Positions 56,859-64,000 of a stretch of 64,000 nt of DNA are shown piece after piece (position 1 is the stretch's first letter; each line of letters begins with the position of its first letter). The DNA is from Candidatus Forterrea multitransposorum CG_2015-17_Forterrea_25_41 (GTDB taxonomy: Archaea > Iainarchaeota > Iainarchaeia > Iainarchaeales > CSSED10-239), in NCBI GenBank assembly GCA_009392915.1, contig CP045477.1, positions 544,001 through 608,000 on the forward strand. The letters run 5' to 3'. The translations under genes were made by a program, and so were the position numbers. Under the pieces are notes generated by a model, which saw nothing but the letters and a program-made list of their open reading frames with translations, was not told the origin of the DNA and did not search any database.

Positions 56859-56862
56859 AAAA

Positions 56863-57501
56863 TTATTTTAAAACAGTTCCTGTTTCAAGATACCATAGAT
56901 AAAAATCAAGCTCACCTTGAGAAAGCTTTACTTTTTTTGAAAGACATTCTAAAATATTTTCAATTTCTAAATATTTTTGTCTGTTTAAAGATTTTGGTTT
57001 TTCTTTTAAATAACCATTCTTAATTAATATATCAACTATATGAAAATCAATTATAGCATAATCGTTATACCCTATGTTTCTTAAAAAATGAGAAGATTCC
57101 TTATAAGAGATACCTTTTATATTTTCAACAAACCAATCTCTTAAAGAGTTTTTTTCATTAAAGGCTTTTAAAACTTTTTTTAAAGAATCTAAATGCTTTC
57201 TATTAGATACTATATATTCTGCTCTTAAGTTTGGATATCTATAACCTAACTCTTTAAGCTTTAAAGAAAGATCTTTTAAAGAAAGAAAAAGAAACCCATC
57301 ATTTATTTTTTTTTGAATCTCAATTGCTTTTTTAGCATTATAATTTGCAGTTAATACACAAAAAGAAAGTTCTTTAAAAATCTCTTTATTACTTTTATTT
57401 TTTATTTTTGAAAAAGATTGTATTTTTTTATCAATAACTTGTTTAACATCTTTTTTCTTAAGAGAATTAATCTGACGTACTAAAGAAGACATAAATAACA
57501 C
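56863..57501 (-). CDS. ogg: Archaeal Ogg-type 8-oxoguanine DNA glycosylase/lyase (HhH-GPD)
   Basis: LSFCVLTANYNAKKA...GISYKESSHFLRNIGYNDYAIIDFHIV gives a HhH with catalytic Lys and a downstream Asp, as in Methanocaldococcus Ogg. Confidence 0.65.
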   Translation of the reverse strand: MLFMSSLVRQINSLKKKDVKQVIDKKIQSFSKIKNKSNKEIFKELSFCVLTANYNAKKAIEIQKKINDGFLFLSLKDLSLKLKELGYRYPNLRAEYIVSNRKHLDSLKKVLKAFNEKNSLRDWFVENIKGISYKESSHFLRNIGYNDYAIIDFHIVDILIKNGYLKEKPKSLNRQKYLEIENILECLSKKVKLSQGELDFYLWYLETGTVLK

Positions 57502-57590
57502 TACCTTTAAATAATTTAAGTATATTAAAAGTATATACCAAAGGTTTTATAAAAAAGATATATTTATTAAATATTTATACTTATATATAA

Positions 57591-58436
57591 GTGAGAAATA
57601 TGAAGAACATTTTAGAATATATAGATCAATTATTAATAAAATCAAGAGAGATTTATAGATTAATGCCAACTCCACTCTATAAACTTGAAAAAAAAGAACT
57701 GATTGATAAATTAAATGAAATAAAAACAAGCCTTGAAAGCTTATCAAAAGAAATCTTAGAACTTAATAAATATACAGTAATACAATATTCTTCAGAAGTT
57801 AATTTTTCAAAAATGGATCTATTTTATCAAAACTTTTTAATGATTTCTAATAATATTAATTCTCAAATGTTTTTAGAGATTAATAAAAAAGAAATAAATC
57901 ATGATTTAATAAATATTAAAGAAGCAATTACAAGACCACAGATTTTTTATGATATAGAAGAACAATTAAAAAATGAAATCACATTATTTTTAAGTTTTTT
58001 AGAAGAAGTTAAAACAAAAGTAAAGTATAAATATGTAGATTTATCTAATCAAAAAAAATCTATTGAAGAACTATTAAGAATAATTCAAGATAAAGAAGAA
58101 GATAATAAACTACTTAGGAAAAAAGTACAAGATTATAAGTGGCTAGAATCAAAAGAAAGAGCAAAAGAATCATTAATAACAAATCTTGAAAATGAATTAA
58201 TTAAAAAAATAAAAATTAATGAAAAGAAAAGTGTCTTATTAAATGTACATTTACTTAAAGTTGAAAAAGAAATTACAGAAATGTATAAAGTAATTAAAAA
58301 GCTAACACTTGATATAGATGAAAGTGAAAAAGCAAATCTTGAAAAAGAAAAATTAGCATTAGAGCTTATAAAAGAACTTAAAGACGAACTTTTAAGTACA
58401 AGATATGCATTATCAAAAGTATATGAGGGTAAATAA
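57591..58436 (+). CDS. Coiled-coil protein (hypothetical)
   Basis: 281 aa, heptad-rich, no TM helix. Confidence 0.4.
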   Translation: MRNMKNILEYIDQLLIKSREIYRLMPTPLYKLEKKELIDKLNEIKTSLESLSKEILELNKYTVIQYSSEVNFSKMDLFYQNFLMISNNINSQMFLEINKKEINHDLINIKEAITRPQIFYDIEEQLKNEITLFLSFLEEVKTKVKYKYVDLSNQKKSIEELLRIIQDKEEDNKLLRKKVQDYKWLESKERAKESLITNLENELIKKIKINEKKSVLLNVHLLKVEKEITEMYKVIKKLTLDIDESEKANLEKEKLALELIKELKDELLSTRYALSKVYEGK

Positions 58437-59918
58437 ATGGCTGAAAAGTTTGATCCATTTTCATCAGGAAGCACAAATTATTATAATCCAACTTCTGAAA
58501 AGAAAAAAAGTAATGGACTTGTAACATTTATACTTGTGATAATATTAATTGGACTTGGAATTTATTATGGTTCAAACTATTTATTTCTAAATAAAGTAGA
58601 TGTAACTTTTAATATTAAGAACACAGAAGGAGAAACTATTCCTGCAAACATACAAATTTCAAAAAGTCCTATGTTTACAGATACAGTTCTTAATTTACAA
58701 AATGGAACTACAGGAGAATTGAAGAAAGGTAGCTATTATTATCAGATACAAGCAACAGGATATAAGTTATATAAATCAAGTACAGAAAAAGAATTTAAAG
58801 AAACATTTAATGAAGACTTTGAACTTGAAAAAAATATTAGTCTAAAATTAGAAAAAATTACTTTTCCAGAAAAAGTTTTTAAAAACCAAATGGCAATTCT
58901 TTCAATTGAAGTTATAAATACTTCAGAAAAAGAAATATATACTCCATCAAATATCATTGTAGAAGGTGATATTGAAGAATGGAATTTTGAATATGTTGAT
59001 AATTATCAAGAAGTAATATCTGTTGAAGATATAGTTATTCCACCAAAACAAAGAATGAATATAAATTTAAGATATATTGTGGACGATACTGGAGATAAAG
59101 AAAATGATATTAAGGTAAGAATTAAATATAAATCAGATTCTAAAAAAACTAGTTTTGAAATCATAGAAATTCCAGAAATCACAATAAAAGCAGATATTGA
59201 AAAAACAATTGAAAGTGGAAGTAATAGTAATTTTACAATAAATATTGGAAATTCTAAGAATAGCAGTCCTATTTCAGACTTAAAAATAGCACTTGAAATT
59301 GAAAGTGAAGAAAATGAAACTGTAGAAGAATGGTTTAATTATGATAAAGGGAACATTGTAATCCCTGCTAAAAGAAATACAACTTTAAGTCTTTCAGTTT
59401 CAATACCTCAATATGCAAAAAGTGATACACTTAATGGAAATTTAATTTTTTCAAGTTCTGCATTTGATGAAAATAAAGTTATTCCAATAAAAATTACAAT
59501 TGAAGAACCAAGCATTGATTTTGATACAAAATTAAGTACAAGTGAAACAGAAATTAATTATGATGTAAATAATAACACTACTGATAAAAAATATATTACT
59601 TTAACTTTAGATAATAAAAGTTCAATTGATATAGAAATTGTAAACATATCTATTCTTAATTTAGATCCTGACAAAAAAGATTGTAATAACTACATATATA
59701 TTTCAGAAAACTCACTTCCAGATAAAAGAGTTATTAAAAACACAAAACCAGAAATACCAATTACAATATTTGCAAAAGATCCTTCATTAATTGGAGATCC
59801 AATAAATAACACCAGGATTTGTGGAATAAATGTAGAATACAAACATCCTTTTAGAATAGAAGAAACAATTAATATTTCTAAAAATATTATAATAAATATT
59901 GAAGAAAAAACATCATAA
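58437..59918 (+). CDS. N-terminally anchored extracellular protein (hypothetical surface protein)
   Basis: Single TM after KKKSNG (LVTFILVIILIGLGIYY), beta-rich ectodomain with NxT/S sequons. It is contiguous with the upstream gene (stop/start TAAATG). Confidence 0.4.
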   Translation: MAEKFDPFSSGSTNYYNPTSEKKKSNGLVTFILVIILIGLGIYYGSNYLFLNKVDVTFNIKNTEGETIPANIQISKSPMFTDTVLNLQNGTTGELKKGSYYYQIQATGYKLYKSSTEKEFKETFNEDFELEKNISLKLEKITFPEKVFKNQMAILSIEVINTSEKEIYTPSNIIVEGDIEEWNFEYVDNYQEVISVEDIVIPPKQRMNINLRYIVDDTGDKENDIKVRIKYKSDSKKTSFEIIEIPEITIKADIEKTIESGSNSNFTINIGNSKNSSPISDLKIALEIESEENETVEEWFNYDKGNIVIPAKRNTTLSLSVSIPQYAKSDTLNGNLIFSSSAFDENKVIPIKITIEEPSIDFDTKLSTSETEINYDVNNNTTDKKYITLTLDNKSSIDIEIVNISILNLDPDKKDCNNYIYISENSLPDKRVIKNTKPEIPITIFAKDPSLIGDPINNTRICGINVEYKHPFRIEETINISKNIIINIEEKTS

Positions 59919-59938
59919 ATTAAAAGAGTTAATATAGT

Positions 59939-61771
59939 ATGGAACACATAGATTGGATTGTATCATTTGTAATTTTTATATTTGTAATACTTGCAATAAT
60001 TACAGCAATACCAAGATTTCTTCCAGACAATTTAAAACAAGAAGATATATATACTTCAAAAATAGTTTATTCTCAATTAACTGAAAATATTGATAAATAT
60101 ACAATATATTCAGATAATAATTATCAAGATATATTTTTTTTAGAAGACATTAACAAAGGAAGAGCAATTTCTAATTTTATAATTGATGAAAATATTCTAT
60201 TTTTAGATTATATTAAAAAATCAAATTTTTATTATTATGATGCAAATAGTTCTTTTGAAAAACCAAAAACTATTATTTTTAAAGAAAAAATAATTGATGA
60301 AAATAGTTTAGTTAATTTTCAATTAGATCAAGGACAAATAATTAGCTTTAATGGAGAAGCATATGCCTATCAAGAAACTACATTAAAAAGTATAGAAAAT
60401 TATTCTAATGTTTATTTTGAGTATGTTGTAGAACCACAAGACATGAATGTTTATTTTAATTATGCAGATGTTAATAATTACTCACTTTGTTCAATAGATC
60501 AAAATCAGCTTAAATTATATGATCAAAATAGCTCTGGAAGTTATTTAGTAGATTTTGTAGATGTTAATTTTGATGAAGATCAGTATTTTATAACATTAAA
60601 AGTAAATACAAACTATACTGGAGAAGTTAGTTGTGTTATTGAGGATTATATAGCTGAAAATAATACACAAAGTTCTATTAATAGTGGGCAAATAATTTTA
60701 AAAAATATTAATGAACAATTTATAGATAGCTTTGAAATATACAAGAATAATTATCTTGAAATTAACTCAAATACAATCAATACAAATTATTTTGATCTAG
60801 AAATTACTGGAAACCAAATTGATGCAAATATTTTTGAAAATAGAAATCTTCTTGGAAATATAAAATTAAGTTTTGAAAATAATTTAGATTATAGCTTAAT
60901 TGAAAACAATAATCCAGGAATAATAAAAGATAGTTTATCAAAACAAAAATTAGTTATTTTTCCAAACACAAATCAATTAATAACAGTTATTGAAAATGAA
61001 GATGTTAATTTTGAAGTATCACAAGGACTTGAAATTAATAATTATGATTATGAAATAGAATATTTAACAGATTATTATACTTGGATTAAAATGGATGTTC
61101 TTGCAAATTCTCAAAAAACAGTTTATTTAAATAAAATTCAAGGATATCAACCAGAGAATGATTTTTCAAAAGTTTATGATAGCCCAACTCATCCAAGCAC
61201 AACAGTTACAAACCAAGGAAGTGGATTATTTAAAATTGATATAGATAATACTGGAGGATTAGAACTTTCAGATTATGAAATTAGAATAGATAATAATATT
61301 TTAAGTCTATCATCTACAACTGAAAGTTTATTGATTACAGATTCTAATTTTACAAATGTTAATAAAATAACACTTAAAAACAAAACAGAAAATAAATATG
61401 TAATTATTGAATTTTTAGATAAAGATAGAAATCTTAAAGAATGTACAGTAAATATTATAGATGATGGTTTTAATATAAATTGTACAAGCAAAACATATTT
61501 AAAAATAAAAATTACAGACACAACAGAACAAGAAAAAAGTAAATATTTAAAGAGTTCTGAAAAAATAATTACTAAAGAAAAAATAGATGATGTTAATCTA
61601 GATGTAATTGATAACTATAATTACTTTATTAAACTATATAATAATAAAGAAAACGTAGAAATTGGAAACTATGGATATTCAGGAGATTTTAAAATTCTCG
61701 AAAAAATATCTAAATATTTAAATGAAAAAGGACAAGAAGAAATAGTTAAAGTTTTAATAAAACCTAACTAA
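59939..61771 (+). CDS. N-terminally anchored large extracellular protein (hypothetical surface protein)
   Basis: TM at residues 5-25, 610 aa, N/S/T/Y-rich ectodomain. Confidence 0.4.
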   Translation: MEHIDWIVSFVIFIFVILAIITAIPRFLPDNLKQEDIYTSKIVYSQLTENIDKYTIYSDNNYQDIFFLEDINKGRAISNFIIDENILFLDYIKKSNFYYYDANSSFEKPKTIIFKEKIIDENSLVNFQLDQGQIISFNGEAYAYQETTLKSIENYSNVYFEYVVEPQDMNVYFNYADVNNYSLCSIDQNQLKLYDQNSSGSYLVDFVDVNFDEDQYFITLKVNTNYTGEVSCVIEDYIAENNTQSSINSGQIILKNINEQFIDSFEIYKNNYLEINSNTINTNYFDLEITGNQIDANIFENRNLLGNIKLSFENNLDYSLIENNNPGIIKDSLSKQKLVIFPNTNQLITVIENEDVNFEVSQGLEINNYDYEIEYLTDYYTWIKMDVLANSQKTVYLNKIQGYQPENDFSKVYDSPTHPSTTVTNQGSGLFKIDIDNTGGLELSDYEIRIDNNILSLSSTTESLLITDSNFTNVNKITLKNKTENKYVIIEFLDKDRNLKECTVNIIDDGFNINCTSKTYLKIKITDTTEQEKSKYLKSSEKIITKEKIDDVNLDVIDNYNYFIKLYNNKENVEIGNYGYSGDFKILEKISKYLNEKGQEEIVKVLIKPN

Positions 61772-61932
61772 ATCATTAATTTAAATATTAAAACCACAAC
61801 TACAAAAGCAATAGATAAACCAACTACTAATTCTGGTGAAAGCTTATAACCACCTAAACTTTCATTAAACTTCATAATACCAATAGCACTACTTGGTCCT
61901 TGACTATTACTCTTCATTTGCTTTAATTTCAT
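61768..61932 (-). CDS. secG: Preprotein translocase subunit Sec61beta/SecG (archaeal), 54 aa (not in the ORF track)
   Basis: The reverse complement translates to MKLKQMKSNSQGPSSAIGIMKFNESLGGYKLSPELVVGLSIAFVVVVLIFKLMI. The SAGLIRYxDE...K.xPE.V.G...AFV pattern of archaeal Sec-beta is present, with a single C-terminal TM. Confidence 0.6.
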   Translation of the reverse strand: MKLKQMKSNSQGPSSAIGIMKFNESLGGYKLSPELVVGLSIAFVVVVLIFKLMI

Positions 61933-62040
61933 AAATATTACACCTCTAATAATAAATATATATATAGAAAACTATTAAATAACTTACTCTTATATAATTT
62001 ATGTAAGAACAGTTAAAAAAAATTAAAAAAAGGATAATAA

Positions 62041-63018
62041 ATGATTAATAAAAAAATGATTTGGAAAACTGCAGTAGTTATAATAATGATAATTATTCTA
62101 CTATATCTTTTAGTATGGGCAGGAACAGTTAGATGTAAATCTATTCCTGGAATGTGTTCTATTTACTGGGGAACCCAAACATTAATTACTGGAAAACAAC
62201 AACCAAGCATATTAATTGTTTATAATCCATCAGATATAGAAGGTCTTGGAAATCCTTATCTTCTAGAGAAAACAATAAGAGATAATAAAATAATTGGAAT
62301 GAATGTAAGACTTGAAAATATAAATTATTTAAGTGAAGAAAAACTAAAAAATGAAGCAATGGTAATAGTTACAAAATCTAGAAAAATATCTACACCAAAG
62401 CTTGAAATGTTTATTAATTATGTATCAACTGGTGGTAGACTTATTTGGGTCGGAGATGCTGGAATAGAAAAAGAAACAAACTTAGATGTTCTTGCAACAA
62501 AAGGAGATATTGAAGGTTCATTTGATTCTAATATTGTAAGTGGCTGGGCAAGACTTGATTCTGAAAACTATATTTTAAGATTTGATAATTTCTTAGGAGT
62601 TAATTATCTTAATAATTATTGCCAAGTAAAAGATTGTCAAGATAAAATATATAAAGTTGCTAATGGTATTGAACTTAATTATAAAAAACCAATTGCTAAT
62701 AATGGAGTACTTATACCAAGTTCAGAACATCGTATGGTCTATGGACTTAGAAGTTATCTTGAAGTAAAAGATGATTTTGCAATTGTACAAACACTAAAAC
62801 CAATGACAACTCCTTTAAAATTAGATTTTGGATCAACACTTTTTGATTCAGAGAAAGTATCTTATGGAAATGAAGAAGGAGTATTCCCTTTAATAATATT
62901 AAGTAATTCAAATAAAGTTGCATACTATGCAATGCCTCCAGAATATTTAATTGAAGATGATGATAAAGAGAAATATTATTCAATAATTGAAAATATGATA
63001 TATGGTATGGTTAAATGA
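62041..63018 (+). CDS. N-terminally anchored extracellular protein (hypothetical)
   Basis: TM at residues 8-28. 325 aa. Confidence 0.4.
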   Translation: MINKKMIWKTAVVIIMIIILLYLLVWAGTVRCKSIPGMCSIYWGTQTLITGKQQPSILIVYNPSDIEGLGNPYLLEKTIRDNKIIGMNVRLENINYLSEEKLKNEAMVIVTKSRKISTPKLEMFINYVSTGGRLIWVGDAGIEKETNLDVLATKGDIEGSFDSNIVSGWARLDSENYILRFDNFLGVNYLNNYCQVKDCQDKIYKVANGIELNYKKPIANNGVLIPSSEHRMVYGLRSYLEVKDDFAIVQTLKPMTTPLKLDFGSTLFDSEKVSYGNEEGVFPLIILSNSNKVAYYAMPPEYLIEDDDKEKYYSIIENMIYGMVK

Positions 63019-63024
63019 TAATTT

Positions 63025-63396
63025 ATGATTAAATCTGTAGAAGCTGTTATTGCTGTAATGATTCTTTTTTTATTCATAATAACATTATTTTCAAGCTATA
63101 CAAAAACAGAAACTAGAGAAAACTTAATGATTGAAAAAAGTTCAGAAATATTTTTAATCAATGCACAAAATAAAGAATTTAGAGATTATATACAAGAAAA
63201 TAAAGGTCAAATAATATATAATGAATTATATGGTTATATAGATAGTAATTATTCAATAAAAATATGTGATTTTTTAGAAGAAAATGAAAACTGTGCTGAT
63301 TTTGGAGATACAGTTCCTGATAAAAAAAGTTTAAGCTCTTTTAATTATTATTTTTATGATATTAATAAAACTTTAAATATAATAGTGTGGTCTTAA
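63025..63396 (+). CDS. Small pilin-like protein with a possible class III signal peptide
   Basis: MIKS|VEAVIAVMILFLFIITLF has K at -2, S at -1 and a hydrophobic stretch. 123 aa. Confidence 0.4.
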   Translation: MIKSVEAVIAVMILFLFIITLFSSYTKTETRENLMIEKSSEIFLINAQNKEFRDYIQENKGQIIYNELYGYIDSNYSIKICDFLEENENCADFGDTVPDKKSLSSFNYYFYDINKTLNIIVWS

Positions 63397-63399
63397 AAA

Positions 63400-63858
63400 A
63401 TGAAAGAAAAAGGATTTACATACATAATAATTGTTGTTTTTATTATGATATTTGTAACTATGCTTTTTTTAATCTCAAAAAACATAAACTATTCAAATAA
63501 AATAAAACATTTAGTATCAAACTATAAAACTGAAATCAACTATCTTTCAGAAAATAACTTAATAGATGTAAATAGTTTAGATGAGTTTAATATAAATTTT
63601 AAAGAATTTATAAAATCAAATAACTATAATAGTAAAGCTTGTGGAATATATTTTGATGGTAATAAATACATTCTAAGTAATTATCTTGATGCAAATTATA
63701 CTCTGATACAAGAAAATCAAACTATTGAAATATTAGCAGAAAGTGTTTCAGAAGATATCATATTTGGAAATTGTGAAATGGATATTTCTTTAGAAAATTC
63801 ACTTTCTTTTTATATAGAAATTTATAATGATTCTGAGAAAAGTATATATAAACAATAA
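63400..63858 (+). CDS. Pilin-like protein with a class III (prepilin-type) signal peptide
   Basis: MKEKG|FTYIIIVVFIMIFVTMLF has KG at -2/-1 then a hydrophobic helix, the archaeal PibD/FlaK-type substrate pattern. Confidence 0.45.
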   Translation: MKEKGFTYIIIVVFIMIFVTMLFLISKNINYSNKIKHLVSNYKTEINYLSENNLIDVNSLDEFNINFKEFIKSNNYNSKACGIYFDGNKYILSNYLDANYTLIQENQTIEILAESVSEDIIFGNCEMDISLENSLSFYIEIYNDSEKSIYKQ

Positions 63859-63935
63859 AAAAAGATAGCTTTATAAAGTAAACGAACTAATAATTTATAA
63901 TATATTATATTAATAAATTTAGAAGGTGTTAATGA

Positions 63936-64000
63936 TTATGAACGAAATTAAAGAAAATATTAGCCAAATAGCATTAAAAAGTAATGAAATTGTAGCAAAA
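63936..64000 (+). CDS. 5' end of an ORF running off the window (hypothetical)
   Basis: The ATG at 63936 (MIMNEIKENISQIALKSNEIVAK...) stays open to the window edge. Confidence 0.25.

Noticed and set aside
1-64000. CRISPR arrays and rRNA genes
   Set aside because: No direct-repeat/spacer periodicity was seen anywhere. No long GC-rich rRNA-like stretch is present. The only tandem repeats are the coding 9-bp and 75-bp repeats in the adhesin genes.

Overview
This is a very AT-rich archaeal chromosome segment, roughly 25-30% GC by eye, with genes densely packed on both strands. The archaeal hallmarks are TFB, ribosomal proteins L15e and L35Ae, a Sec61beta/SecG mini-gene, the Nop5-fibrillarin pair, Pus10, archaeal-type GluRS, TyrRS and GlyRS, an Ogg-type glycosylase, class II photolyase and DUF361-type class III signal-peptide pilins. 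I infer a small-genome, possibly DPANN-like, archaeon from the gene content and the compact, AT-rich coding (inference only). I found three tRNAs by eye: Asn-GTT, Val-GAC and Leu-TAG. There is no rRNA and no CRISPR array. The left end (1 to about 5100) looks like part of an integrated mobile element or provirus. It carries an RHH regulator, an HTH protein, an HNH endonuclease and a protein-primed family B DNA polymerase whose reading frame is broken by a -1 shift. A small islet of nuclease-like genes follows it: a metallophosphoesterase, a protein with a HEPN-like Rx4H motif and a protein with a PD-(D/E)xK-like C-terminus. Other notable loci are listed here. 1) A three-gene DUF361-type type IV pilin/adhesin cluster with Flg_new-like and BspA/DUF285-like repeats, flanked by ScpB-like and ScpA-like genes, carrying internal duplications and a 9-bp tandem repeat. 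2) A secreted Lon-like S16 protease. 3) A ThiS-like mini-ORF (no GG), an NcsA/TtuA thiolase, tRNA-Val and an overlapping GH3-like adenylating ligase plus M14/DUF2817 peptidase-like pair. 4) A GC-rich multi-hairpin putative ncRNA that abuts gltX. 5) A RelE/RHH toxin-antitoxin pair. 6) A right-end cluster of N-anchored surface proteins with pilin-like signal peptides. Several small genes that the ORF track missed are proposed: the RHH gene, a DUF1328 gene, a ThiS-like gene, Sec61beta and one small membrane protein. All calls come from motif-level reading of the translations. No database searches were run.
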